64,000 nucleotides of DNA from Eledone cirrhosa (lineage: Eukaryota). A program made the position numbers and the translations under genes. Positions 27,066-45,060 of this stretch are shown here, one piece after another; positions within the stretch are counted from its first letter, which is position 1, and each line of letters opens with the position of its first letter. The notes beneath the pieces are model-generated. The model did no database searches. It worked only from the letters and a program-made list of their open reading frames with translations, and was not told where the DNA came from. The stretch covers positions 294,500,001 through 294,564,000 of the forward strand of contig OZ024740.1 in assembly GCA_964016885.1 (NCBI GenBank), in the 5' to 3' direction.

Positions 27066-29148
27066 GTGATATGTTGCCCGATGCTTGCAACAGATTAAAC
27101 TCTGCTAAAACCACCCAAGGAACAGGTGACAGATTAAGTCTACCACCCATAGAACTTCTGCACACCTTCCATCTACTTTAATTTCACTCGCAACACTTGG
27201 TGTAACACAAGGTTCTGATAGAAAATATTTACCTAAGATATCAGTGATATCAGTCCCAGAATGCAAAGCAAACTTTTTAATTTACACGTCCATAATATAT
27301 TGTAGATACATGTTTAGCAATCTTACAAATACTATCAGTCAGCATCTTTCATTAGAAATATGGTCACAAAAGGGATCTCTCTCAAAACTTTCTAACTAGG
27401 GATTGCTGTGACACTTTAAGTAGTAGATATATTCAAATATATTTAGGCAGTGTAATCATGTTTAGCAGAGAATTCCTGGATACTAACCTCATCATTATTT
27501 AACACCCACCTTCCATGTTGGTATGGTTTAGATGGGACCATTACAGACCGGCTTGATTCTTATTTGTATGTTCCATTTTAAGCATGGCGTCTATAGTTGA
27601 ATATCCTACCTAACACCTATCACTTTACAGAGTGTACTGGGTGACGTTTTATTGTGGAACCAACACTGTAAAGAATGTCAAGGCCATAACACAACTAAAA
27701 GATCCCCTCTACCTTGTTTTCTCTATTCGATCACCAACTACTTTACAGAATGAACTGGGTGTATTTCATCATAGTACCTACATTATTCAAAAATATAATT
27801 ACGCTGAACTTTATAGAGATATCATAAAATAGATATAAAAGATCTTAATCAACATAACATCTAATCAAAGATGGTAACATATTTTGACTAGCACAAGAGC
27901 AGTATATAAGAAGAGGTGGTTTAGTCAATTGAATCTATTCTTAGTATACTACTGATACATATTTTACCAACCCTAGAGACTTGAAAGCAAAGTTAATCCC
28001 TGATAGATTTGAACAAAGAACATCAGAGAAGCACAAAACATAATATCATAATGCCTCACACAGCACTATCAGTTGCACTAACTTCACTGCCCTATTTACA
28101 CTTTCAAAATATAACTGAAAGGAATGTCATAAGATATGACTCTTGAAGGATAAGAACAACTGAAATAAAGACTTATCAGTAAATATACAAAAAAAAAGAG
28201 CAGTAGCTTTGCTTTGAAAAATACACATATCCACACAAATTCAAAGCTAAGCTACTGGGCAAGGTTTTAGTTCTTTTTTTATCAACAGTTGTCTATACAT
28301 TCAAATTTCCCCACTCAACACCACTGATATTGTTCAAGAGAAAGGCAAAAGCTAGTACAGCTTGTCACCAGTGCAAATCACAATGCCATTTGAATACAAA
28401 GATCCAAAATATATACTGCAAGACATCCCATCTGACACTAACAGTTTGGTCACTCTATTACTCAGCATTGATATTTATTTACCAACCCTGAAAGGATAAA
28501 AGGCGAAGTTGACTTAATGGTTATTTGAAATCAGCAGAGAATCTGAACAAATACAGCATGGTACTCTATCCACCACTCTAATGACGCTGCCACATCACAT
28601 CTGGTGTGTGTATGTGTGTATGTGTGCAAACCAGTCTAGATAATGTTACAGTCCCCTTATGTCCTGTAGCTTAGCAATTCAATAATGCAAGTACTGAGGT
28701 TGATATATATATATAGAGAGGGGGGGGGGGAGATTAAGTAGAATCAGCTCAGGGTACAATCAAAATGATGGGGTGGGACTGTGTGTTTTTTTGTCGTGAC
28801 ACCTACACGATATAAAGTATATATACATATATATACATATATATATATATATATACATATATATTATATACATATATATACATATATATATATATACATA
28901 TATATACATATATATATATAATATATACATATATACATATATACATATATATACATATATATATACATATATATATATATAATATATATACATATATAAT
29001 ATATATATACATATATATACAAATATATATATATATACATATATATACATATATACATATATATAGATATATATATATATACATATATATACATATATAT
29101 ATATATATACATATATATACATATATATACATATATATATACATATAT

Positions 29149-29179
<31 letters not shown>

Positions 29180-29192
29180 CATATATATACAT

Positions 29193-29223
<31 letters not shown>

Positions 29224-29236
29224 CATATATATACAT

Positions 29237-29276
<40 letters not shown>

Positions 29277-29281
29277 TATAC

Positions 29282-29390
<109 letters not shown>

Positions 29391-29414
29391 CATATATTAT
29401 ACATATATATACAC

Positions 29415-29478
<64 letters not shown>

Positions 29479-29542
29479 ATATACATATACATATATATAT
29501 ACATATACATACACATATATATATATATATATATACACATAT

Positions 29543-29576
<34 letters not shown>

Positions 29577-29606
29577 ATATACATATACATATATATATAC
29601 ATATAC

Positions 29607-29673
<67 letters not shown>

Positions 29674-29744
29674 CATATATATATACATATATATATACAT
29701 ATATATATATATATACATATATACATATATACATATATATATAC

Positions 29745-29777
<33 letters not shown>

Positions 29778-29850
29778 CATATATATATACATATATATAT
29801 ACATATATATATATATATACATATATACATATATATATACATATATATAC

Positions 29851-29883
<33 letters not shown>

Positions 29884-29938
29884 CATATATACATATATAT
29901 ATACACATATATATATATATACACATATATATGTGTAT

Positions 29939-29972
<34 letters not shown>

Positions 29973-30316
29973 ATATACATATATATACACATGTGTATCA
30001 TGACTCGTGCACTGTTCATTTTACTGATGTTTGTGCATTGCCCTATGTACTGTACATGCACTTTTTTGATGAGTTGTGGTGCACCTGGGCACTGTACACA
30101 ATATTTCATTATTGTTATTATTATTATATCATGACTCATACACATTTGTACATTATTCTATGTACTATACATGCACCTTTGATGAGTTGTAGTGCACCTG
30201 AGCACTGTACACAATAATTTCATTATTATTATTATTATATATACATATATATATAATATATATACATATATATATAATATATATACATATATATATAATA
30301 TATATAATATATATAC

Positions 30317-30349
<33 letters not shown>

Positions 30350-30728
30350 ATATATATACATATATATAATATATATACATATATATATATATATACATAT
30401 ATACAATATATATACATATATATATATATATACATATATACATATATATACATATATATACATATATATATATATATATACATATATATACATATATATA
30501 TATATATATACATATATATACATATATATATATATATATACATATATATACACATATATATATATATACATATATATACATTATATATACATATATATAT
30601 ACATATATATATATACATATATATATATATACATACATATATATATATATACATACATACATATATATATACATACATACATATATATATACATACATAC
30701 ATATATATATACATACATACATATATAC

Positions 30729-30777
<49 letters not shown>

Positions 30778-30798
30778 TATATATATATATATATACAG

Positions 30799-30825
<27 letters not shown>

Positions 30826-30830
<5 letters not shown>

Positions 30831-31517
30831 GTACAGTAGCTCTGAAAGTACAGTATCTCTGAAAATACAGTAGCTAGAGTCAGAACTGGATGGAAAAAGT
30901 TCAGAGAGCTTATACCACTATTAGCCGCTAAAGGGTTCTCCCTAAACATGAAAGGCAGGTTTCATGATGCCTGCATGCGAACAGCAATGTTGCATGGCAG
31001 TGAGACCTGGGCATTGTGTGCAGAGGATATATGCAGACTAGAGGTGAACGAAGCTTGCATGCTCCGCTGGATGTGTAATAGTAATATACGTGAACGGCAA
31101 AGCATAAACGAGGAAAAAATTAGAAATAAGAGGGATCAGATGTTGTTTACTCGAGAGAAGGCTACGTTGGTATGGTCACGTGATGCGCATGAAAGACGAC
31201 AGCTGTATAACAAAGTGCAGGGCAATAAAGATAGACGGTAGCCACGGAGTAGGCAGACCCAGAAAAACCTGGGACAAGCTGATAAATTCCGACCTCACAC
31301 ACTTACACCTCTCCAAGACAATGTCACTGGACCGAGACCTTTGGCGGGTACTCAGTAATAGAGAAGACCCGCCTTACCTAAATACAAAGTAAAACCTACT
31401 ACAGTCAGTAGGCATCTCTATCAAAATACACCCCCGTCCCACCACCCCCACCCCATCCACACCGCCCCTTTCAATGTAAAGTTATGTTGGTGCCACAACA
31501 TCCAGGCCGAAACAAAT
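30826..31517 (+). mobile_element. Inverted partial copy of the RTE LINE 3' coding end and UTR
   Basis: [21 protein letters not shown]...GRPRKTW; reverse complement of 40987-~41632. Confidence 0.95.
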
Positions 31518-31572
31518 ATATACATATATATACATATATATATATTATATATACATACATATATATATATAC

Positions 31573-31621
<49 letters not shown>

Positions 31622-31646
31622 CATACATATATATATATATACATAC

Positions 31647-31677
<31 letters not shown>

Positions 31678-31682
31678 CATAC

Positions 31683-31713
<31 letters not shown>

Positions 31714-31735
31714 ACATACATATATATATACATAC

Positions 31736-31766
<31 letters not shown>

Positions 31767-31771
31767 CATAA

Positions 31772-31914
<143 letters not shown>

Positions 31915-31963
31915 CATATATATATATACATATATATATATACACATATATATATATATACAC

Positions 31964-32192
<229 letters not shown>

Positions 32193-32210
32193 CATATATA
32201 TATAATATAC

Positions 32211-32289
<79 letters not shown>

Positions 32290-32338
32290 CATATATATAT
32301 ATACATATATATATATACACATATATATATATATACAC

Positions 32339-32449
<111 letters not shown>

Positions 32450-32513
32450 CAATATATATATATATACATATATACATATATATATATATACATATACATA
32501 TATACATATATAC

Positions 32514-32546
<33 letters not shown>

Positions 32547-32644
32547 CATATATACATATATATATATATACATATACATATATACATATATACATATATA
32601 TATATATACATATATATATATAGTACATATATACATATATATAC

Positions 32645-32697
<53 letters not shown>

Positions 32698-32754
32698 CAT
32701 ATATACATATATATATATATACATATATATATATATCCATATATATACATATAG

Positions 32755-32786
<32 letters not shown>

Positions 32787-32844
32787 ATACATATATATAC
32801 ATATATATATACATATACATATACATATATATATATATACATAT

Positions 32845-32879
<35 letters not shown>

Positions 32880-33030
32880 CATATATATATACATATATAT
32901 ATACATATACATATATATATATACATATATATATACATATATATATACATATATATATACATATATATATATACATATATATATATATACGTATATATAT
33001 ATATACATATATATATATATACATATATAC

Positions 33031-33061
<31 letters not shown>

Positions 33062-33106
33062 CATATATATATATATACATATATATATATACATATATAT
33101 ATATAC

Positions 33107-33137
<31 letters not shown>

Positions 33138-33184
33138 CATATATATATATACATATATATACATATATATATACATATATATAC

Positions 33185-33215
<31 letters not shown>

Positions 33216-33453
33216 CATATATATACATATATATATATACATATATATATACATATACATATATATACATATATATATATATATACATACATATATACAT
33301 ATATATATATATACATATATATATACATATATATATTACATATATATATATATAAATATATACATATATATATATATATATATACATACATATACATACA
33401 TACATATATACATACATATACATACATATATATATATATATACATATACATAC

Positions 33454-33498
<45 letters not shown>

Positions 33499-33567
33499 CA
33501 TATATATATATACATATATATATATACATATACATATATATATATACATATATACATATATACATAC

Positions 33568-33598
<31 letters not shown>

Positions 33599-33868
33599 CA
33601 TATATATATATACATATATATATATACATATATACATATACATATATATACATATATATATACATATATACATATACATATATATACAGTATATATACAA
33701 TATATATATATACATATATACATATATATATATATATACATATATACATATACATATATATATATATATACATATACATAATACATATACATATATATAT
33801 ATACATATATATATATACATATATATATATACATATATACATATACATATATATATATACATATATAC

Positions 33869-33919
<51 letters not shown>

Positions 33920-33974
33920 TATATACATATATAAATATATACATATATATATATATATATACATACATATATAC

Positions 33975-34021
<47 letters not shown>

Positions 34022-34030
34022 TTTATATAC

Positions 34031-34070
<40 letters not shown>

Positions 34071-34077
34071 AATATAT

Positions 34078-34109
<32 letters not shown>

Positions 34110-34208
34110 CTATAATATACATATATATATATATATATACATATATATACATATATATATATATATACATATATATACATATATATATATATATATACAT
34201 ATATATAC

Positions 34209-34245
<37 letters not shown>

Positions 34246-34284
34246 CATATATATACATATATATATATACATATATATATATAC

Positions 34285-34315
<31 letters not shown>

Positions 34316-34316
34316 C

Positions 34317-34353
<37 letters not shown>

Positions 34354-34390
34354 CATATATAAATATATATATATATATACATATATATAT

Positions 34391-34434
<44 letters not shown>

Positions 34435-34484
34435 TTATATATATATATATAACATATATATGTTATATATATATATAGTATATA

Positions 34485-34546
<62 letters not shown>

Positions 34547-34570
34547 TATATACATATATATTATATATAC

Positions 34571-34602
<32 letters not shown>

Positions 34603-34679
34603 TATATATATACATATATATATATATATATAATATACATTTAATATATTATATATATATATATATATATATAATATAC

Positions 34680-34712
<33 letters not shown>

Positions 34713-34881
34713 CATAATATATATATAATATACATATATATATATATATACATATATATACATATATACATATATATACATATACATATATATATACATA
34801 TATATATATATATACATATTATATATATATATCATATATAATATATGATATATACATATATATACATATACATATATATAC

Positions 34882-34914
<33 letters not shown>

Positions 34915-34982
34915 CATATATATTATATACATATATACATATACATATATATATATATACATATACATATACATATATATAC

Positions 34983-35015
<33 letters not shown>

Positions 35016-35026
35016 CATATATATAC

Positions 35027-35061
<35 letters not shown>

Positions 35062-35062
<1 letters not shown>

Positions 35063-35116
35063 TCTCTTTTACCTGTTTCAGCCATCCGGCTGAGGCCATG
35101 CTGGGGCACCGCCCTT
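35062..35116 (-). mobile_element. Short SINE 3'-end fragment inside the TA array
   Basis: ctcttttacctgtttcagccatccggctgaggccatgctgg; related sequence in the opposite orientation at ~21555-21603. Confidence 0.6.
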
Positions 35117-35159
35117 ATATATATATATATACATACATATATATATATATATATACAAA

Positions 35160-35191
<32 letters not shown>

Positions 35192-35219
35192 CATATATAT
35201 ATATATACATATATATACA

Positions 35220-35257
<38 letters not shown>

Positions 35258-35383
35258 CATATATACATATATATATATATTATACATATATATATATACA
35301 TATATATATACATATATATACATATATATATACACATATATATATACATATATATATACATATATATACATATATATATACAC

Positions 35384-35416
<33 letters not shown>

Positions 35417-35499
35417 CATATATACATATATATATATATACATACATATATAGATATACATACATATATATATATACATACATATATATATATACATAC

Positions 35500-35566
<67 letters not shown>

Positions 35567-35639
35567 CATACATATATAGATATACATACATATATATATA
35601 TACATACATATATATATATACATACATATATATATATAC

Positions 35640-35672
<33 letters not shown>

Positions 35673-35740
35673 CTTATATAATATACATATATATATATAT
35701 ACATATACATATATACATACATATATACATACATATATAC

Positions 35741-35771
<31 letters not shown>

Positions 35772-36827
35772 CATATACATACATATATATATATTATATA
35801 TATATACATACATACATATATATACATACATATATACATATATATACATACATATATACATATATATACATACATATATACATATATATACATACATATA
35901 TACATATATATACATACATATATACATATATATACATACATATATACATATATATACATACATATATACATATATATACATACATATATACATATATATA
36001 TACATATATATACATATATATCATACATATATACATATATATACATACATATATACATATATATACATACATATATACATATATATACATACATATACAT
36101 ATATACATATATATACATACATATATACATATATACATATATTACATACATATATACTATATATACATACAAATATACACATATATACATACATATATAC
36201 ACATTACATATATACATATATATACATACATATATACATACATATATATATATATATATACATATATACATATATATAATATATACAATATATACATATA
36301 TATACATACATATATACAAATTATACATACATATAACATATATATACATATATACATATATATACATACATATATACATATATATACATACATATATACA
36401 TAATATATACATACATATATACATATATATACATACATATACATATATATACATACATATACATATATATACATACATACATATATATACATACATATAA
36501 ACATATATATACATACATATATACATATATATACATACATATATACATATATATACATACATATATACATATATACATAATATAACATACATATATATAT
36601 ATATATACATACATATATACATATATATACATATATATATATATACATATACATATATATATATACATAATATACATATATATATATATATATATATACA
36701 TATATACATATATACATATATATATACATACATAATATACATATATATATACATACATAATATACATATATATATACATACATAATATACATATATATAT
36801 ATATATACATACATAAATATACATATA

Positions 36828-36895
<68 letters not shown>

Positions 36896-36919
36896 CATAC
36901 ATAATATACATATATACAC

Positions 36920-36950
<31 letters not shown>

Positions 36951-37065
36951 CATATATACATATATTATATATATAACATATATATATATATATATACATA
37001 TAATATACATATACATATATATATATATATACATATATATATACACATATATTATATATATATAC

Positions 37066-37158
<93 letters not shown>

Positions 37159-37178
37159 CATATATATATTATATATAC

Positions 37179-37227
<49 letters not shown>

Positions 37228-37267
37228 CATACATATATATATATATATACATATATATTATATATAC

Positions 37268-37301
<34 letters not shown>

Positions 37302-37366
37302 TACATATATATATACATATATATATATACATATATATACATATAAATATACATATTATATATAAC

Positions 37367-37491
<125 letters not shown>

Positions 37492-37531
37492 ATATATATA
37501 TATATATACATATATATATACATATATATAC

Positions 37532-37636
<105 letters not shown>

Positions 37637-37641
37637 GATAC

Positions 37642-37730
<89 letters not shown>

Positions 37731-37756
37731 TATATATACATATATATATTATATAC

Positions 37757-37869
<113 letters not shown>

Positions 37870-37874
37870 AACAC

Positions 37875-37987
<113 letters not shown>

Positions 37988-38072
37988 TATATACATATAC
38001 ATATATATATACATATACATATATATATACATATATATATATACATATATATATATATACATATATATATAC

Positions 38073-38103
<31 letters not shown>

Positions 38104-38209
38104 CATATATATATATACATATATATATATACATATATATACATATACATATATATACATATACATATATACATATATATATATACATATATATATATAC
38201 ATAATATAC

Positions 38210-38242
<33 letters not shown>

Positions 38243-38657
38243 CATATATAAATACATATATATATACATATATATATACATATACATATATATATACATA
38301 TATATATACATATACATATATATATACATATATATATACATATATATATACATATACATATATATATACATATATATATACATATATATATACATATACA
38401 TATATATATACATATATATATACATATACATATATATATACATATATATATACATATATATATACATATACATATATATATACATATATATATACATATA
38501 TATATACATATATATATATATATACATATATATATACATATATATATACATATATATATACATATATATATACATATATATATATACATATATACATATA
38601 TATATATACATATATATATATACATATATACATATATATATATATATACATATATAC

Positions 38658-38692
<35 letters not shown>

Positions 38693-38700
38693 CATATATA

Positions 38701-38732
<32 letters not shown>

Positions 38733-38769
38733 CATATATACATATATATATATATATACATATATATAC

Positions 38770-38820
<51 letters not shown>

Positions 38821-38897
38821 CATATATACATATATATATATATACATATATACATATATATATATATACATATATACATATATACATATATATATAC

Positions 38898-39024
<127 letters not shown>

Positions 39025-39029
39025 TATAC

Positions 39030-39062
<33 letters not shown>

Positions 39063-39096
39063 TATACATATATATATATATATACATATATATATA

Positions 39097-39129
<33 letters not shown>

Positions 39130-39138
39130 CATATATAC

Positions 39139-39175
<37 letters not shown>

Positions 39176-39340
39176 CATATATACATATATATATATACAT
39201 ATATATATATACATATATACATATATATATATACATATATATACATATATATATACATATATATACATATATATGTATATATATATACATATATATATAC
39301 ATATATATACATATATATATATATATACATATATATATAC

Positions 39341-39388
<48 letters not shown>

Positions 39389-39429
39389 GTATATATACAT
39401 ATATATATATGTATATATATGTATATATG

Positions 39430-39462
<33 letters not shown>

Positions 39463-39465
39463 GTG

Positions 39466-39597
<132 letters not shown>

Positions 39598-39638
39598 CAT
39601 ATATATATATACATATATATATATATACATATATATAT

Positions 39639-39687
<49 letters not shown>

Positions 39688-39768
39688 CATATATACACAT
39701 ATATACATATATATATACATATATATACATATATATACATATATACATATATATATACATATATATAC

Positions 39769-39814
<46 letters not shown>

Positions 39815-40203
39815 ATATATATATATATACATATATATACATATATATATATATACATATATATACATATATATATATATATATACATATATATACATAT
39901 ATATATATATATACATATATATACATATATATACATATATATATATATATATACATATATATACATATATATATATATATACATATGTATACATATATAT
40001 ACATATATACATATATATACATATATATATATATATATACATATATATACATATATATATATATATACATATATATACATATATATATATATATACATAT
40101 ATATACATATATATATATATATACATATATATACATATATATATATATATACATATATATACATATATATATATATATACATATATATACATATATATAC
40201 ATA

Positions 40204-40241
<38 letters not shown>

Positions 40242-40318
40242 CATATATATACATATATATATACATATATATACATATATATACATATATATACATACAT
40301 ATATATACATATATATAC

Positions 40319-40366
<48 letters not shown>

Positions 40367-40372
40367 ATATAC

Positions 40373-40464
<92 letters not shown>

Positions 40465-40470
40465 ATATAC

Positions 40471-40539
<69 letters not shown>

Positions 40540-40584
40540 CATATATATATATACATATATATATATATACATATATATATATAC

Positions 40585-40615
<31 letters not shown>

Positions 40616-42873
40616 CATCATCATCATCATCATCATCAGGTTTAGCGTCCGTGTTCCACGCTTGCATGGGTTTGGACGGGGGTTTTCCCACTTGAGGCAA
40701 GAGTGGTTGTCTTGCTCGCATAGGACTGTCTGGCGGGTTTTCTACAGTTGGATGCCCTTCCTAACACCAACCACATTTACAGTGTGGGGCTGGGAGGTTT
40801 TTACCGTGTTGCCTACACGGCCACATTACAGCGTGGACTGTCTGGCTGGTTTTCTACAGCTGGATGCCCTTCCTAACACCAACCACATTTACAGTGTGGG
40901 GCTGGGAGGTTTTTACCGTGTTGCCTACACGGCCACATTTACAGCGTGGACTGTGTGTTTTTTTGTCGTGACACCTACACGATCTCATTTGTTTCGGCCT
41001 GGATGTTGTGGGACCAACATAACTTTACATTGAAAGGGGCGGTGTGGGTGGGGTGGAGGTGGTGGGACGGGGGTGTGTTTTGATAGAGGTGCCTACTGAC
41101 TGTAGTAGGTTTTTACTTTGTATTTAGGTAAGGCGGGTCTTCTCTATTACTGAGTACCGCCAAAGGTCTCGGTCCAGTGACATTGTCTTGGAGAGGTGTA
41201 AGCGTGTGAGGTCGGAATTTATCAGCTCGTCCCATGTTTTTCTGGGTCTGCCTACTCCGTGGCTACCGTCTATCTTTATTGCCCTGCACTTTGTTATACA
41301 GCTGTCGTCTTTCATGCGCATCACGTGACCGTACCAACGTAGCCTTCCCTCGAGTAAACAACATCTGATCCCTCTTATTTCTAATTTTTTCCTTAGTTCG
41401 TTTATGCTTTGCCGTTCACGTATATTACTATTGCACATCCAGCGGAGCATGCAAGCTTCGTTCCTCTCTAGTCTGCGTATATCCTCTGCACACAATGGCC
41501 AGGTCTCACTGCCATGCAGCATTGCTGTTCGTATGCAGGCATCATATAACCTGCCTTTCATTTTTAGGGAGAACCCTCTAGCGGCTAATAGTGGTATAAG
41601 CTCTCTGAACTTTTTCCATCCAGTTCTGACTGGTCACCCAGATAACGGAAGCTGTCCACTATTTCTATAGAACCCTCTGCGCAGTTGAAGGAGCTAGTAT
41701 TTTGTGGGCACTTGCTGCTACTTATTGCACCAGAGCACCGGCCACATGTAAAATCTATGTTCTTAGTTAGCTTACCTGTGATCCCACTACATCTTTTATG
41801 CACCCATACTTTGCATTTGGGACATAAAATGGAGTTTCTACCTACGCCTTTCCTACACACTGAGCATGGCCATTTCCCCGATGGGACCGCCGCCTTATTT
41901 TCTTTCCTACAAACTAGAACTTTAGTCTTAGCCAGGTTAATTTTAAGGCCTTTTGATTCTAGGCCGTGCTTCCACGTTTGGAATTTCTTCTCTAGTTCGG
42001 TCATTGATTCAGCTATGAGCGTTAGATCATCTGCGTATAGGAGTTCCCATGGGCAGCCGGTCTTGAACTCCTCTGTTATAGCCTGAAGGGCAATAATAAA
42101 TAGTAGGGGGCTAAGTACAGAGCCCTGATGGACACCAACTTTTACGCTAAACTCTTCACTATATTCGTTGTTAATTCTAACCTTACTGACTGTTTCTTTA
42201 TACATGGCTTGTATAGCTCTCACAAGCCATTCGTCAACACCTAGTTTTCTAAGAGACCACCAGATAATGGAACGGGGGACTCTGTCGAAGGCTTTCTCCA
42301 AGTCGACAAAAGCTAAGTATAGGGGTTTACTTTTAGCTAGGTACTTCTCCTGTAGTTGTCGTACAATGAAAAGAGCGTCTGTGGTACTTTTGCCTGACAC
42401 AAACCCGAACTGCATTTCATCTAGATCAATTCTCTCTCTGATTAGTTGCGCTATTACTTTTTCCGTGACCTTCATGACCTGGTCGATTAATTTAATGCCT
42501 CTATAGTTACTCCTATCTAGGGCATCTCCTTTTCCCTTATAGCAGTTAACGATGATGCTGCTACGCCATTCCTTCGGAACAACCCCATTCTGTACGACTT
42601 GGTTAACTATCCGGGTGACCATGGTGTCTCCCACCGAACCAGATGCCTTCAGCATCTCAGCAACTATTTCCGAAGGCCCAGCCGCCTTACCCGTCTTCAT
42701 ATCTTTGATTGCCTTACTTATTATACTACCTTCAACTAACACTGCTGGTCCCTCTATTGGATCGATCTGGGGGAGACTGTCTTTCTCCCATTTGTTCTCC
42801 TCATTTAGAAGCCTTTCGTAGTGACACTTCCAAGCTACCTTCTTATCAGCGTCGGTGATGGCAAGTATGCCAT
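40616..42873 (-). mobile_element. 5'-truncated RTE-clade LINE: RT domain, Cys-rich finger, C-terminus, 3' UTR with ~112-bp tandem duplication, and (GAT)n tail
   Basis: RT motifs NYRGIKL, FVDLEKAFD, GVHQGSVLSP, LYADD; C-terminal GSETW and GRPRKTW; (cat)n tail at 40616. Confidence 0.95.
41124..42873 (-). pseudogene. RTE RT ORF remnant, no endonuclease domain, frameshifted by a short deletion at ~41632
   Basis: ORFs 41585-42907 and 41124-41561 are consecutive parts of one protein in different frames. Confidence 0.9.
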
Positions 42874-42891
42874 ACATATATATATATATAC

Positions 42892-42942
<51 letters not shown>

Positions 42943-43033
42943 ATCATATATACATATATATATACATATACATATATACATATCTATATATATATACACA
43001 CATATATATATATATATACACATATATATATAT

Positions 43034-43083
<50 letters not shown>

Positions 43084-43391
43084 CACACACATATATATAT
43101 ATTATATATGTATATATACACATATATATATATATTATATATATATACACATTATATATATATATATATATAGTAATAATAATAAATGTGAAGACTAAAA
43201 TCCAAAGAGGGCTCGATAAGGATATATATATATATATATATATATCAACCTCCGTACTTGCATTATTGAATTGCTAAGCTACAGGACACAAAGGGACTGT
43301 AACATTATCTAGACTGGTGTGCACACATACACACATACACACACCAGATGTGATGTGGCAGCGTCATTAGAGTGGTGGATATATATATATA

Positions 43392-43658
43392 TATAAGAAA
43401 AAGAAATAGAAAATGCAACTGGAGTCTTTTTAAGAATATTTATTTATTTCCTTTACCGGTTTCACAGTTCTTACACTTTTCAAAAGTAGAATTGAGATGG
43501 AGGGTTTGTGGATTGTCTTGCATCTGATGTGGGACAAACCACAAAACTTCCATCTCAATTCTACTTTTGAAAAGCATAAGAACTGTGAAACCAGTAAAGG
43601 AAATAAATAAATATTCTTAAAAACACTCCAGTTGCATTTTTGATTTCTTTTCCTTATA
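43392..43658. repeat. Long imperfect palindrome (~133-bp arms, centre 43525)
   Basis: aaaatgcaactggagt...ttcaaaagtagaattgagatgg is mirrored by ccatctcaattctacttttgaa...actccagttgcatttt. Confidence 0.95.
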
Positions 43659-43709
43659 CTTTCACCCATGTAGAACATCTCGTTTTTTATTTTTAAAAAA
43701 CCTCATTTT

Positions 43710-43754
<45 letters not shown>

Positions 43755-44880
43755 TAAAAAGAGTAAAATTTCACTAAAATTTAACTTTTTCAGTGAAATA
43801 TTTTAATTGAATGACCCAAATCCCTAATGCTGACTATTTCCAATTAGGCTTTCAAGAAAAGAAAATGTTGTTACTGAAATGTGTTCTATGGCTGACAAAA
43901 TACTACACTGTCTATGCATGTACACCTTCAGAGGCCAGATGTTATAAATTAGAACTGACATAAACAGTGGATAGTAAGTAGAAAAAGTAAAATGAAGAAC
44001 AGTAACTTTCAAGAAGCGGATATTAAGATGCCAGCACTCTTTTATGCTATTAAGATGCTTCTTTGCCCAACCACTGGCTGATGACTGTTTTGGAGTGTTT
44101 TTGAAAATATTTCTCCATCTCTTTAACACTTATCTTTTTACAACACTTTTGTCTATAAAATTAAGGATGGATAAAATCATACGCCCCTCTCATCTTTAAC
44201 ACACACACACATATATATATGGATCCCTATTCCATTGACTTTGTTAACAAATTAATATATATATAAATTTGTTAACAAAGTAAGTGGAACAGAGATTCAT
44301 AACGCACAAATTAATACACTTTATTCAAATTTTCAAAATACCACATTTAACAGTTAATATTTCTATACATCTATACATCCATAGACACACACATACATAT
44401 ACATGTACACATATGCATACATCATACATATGCATGTCTTTATGCAATATTTAAATGTGTTTTTTTATTATTATAAGCATTCGTTAACAATAACCTTGTT
44501 GCATGTATGAATCCAAATGACCAACTAATATTTCCCTGTACAATGATGTCTCAGATTGAATTAGAAATAGAAGTGCATTTTATAAGATTGTTGCAGTAAT
44601 GTGTCTTTTGAGAGAGAGAGAGGGAGATATCCCTTTTCTTAAATGAAAGTCACTGCCTGATAGTTGTTGTAATCCAGTTAAACATATTTTTATATAATAT
44701 TATGTTGGAATGTATTAATTTAAATAGAAACTCGTTTAAATTGGTGCTTTTCTTTCAGAGAACCACAGGTGGCTTTGGGTGGTTCAATATCAAATGGGAT
44801 ATAAAAGATATGTCAAAAACTTGAAAAACCAGTGCCAGAAGGGAGCATAGTATAATATAATAATGGTGTATTAATATAAT

Positions 44881-45060
44881 TGTTTCTACGTTAGGCACAA
44901 GGCCGGCAATTACCCAGTGCATTACTGGTACTTTATTTTATCGACCCCGTAAGGATGAAAGGCAAAGTTAACCTCGGCGGGATTTGAACTCAGATTGTAA
45001 AGGGACGTAACTATGCTGGAAAGCATGGCGTCCGACCCTCTACCGATACTGCCAATCCAC
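44881..45060 (-). mobile_element. SINE family A, young, with 21-bp TSD
   Basis: TSD ataatggtgtattaatataat at 44860-44880 and 45061-45081. Confidence 0.92.
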
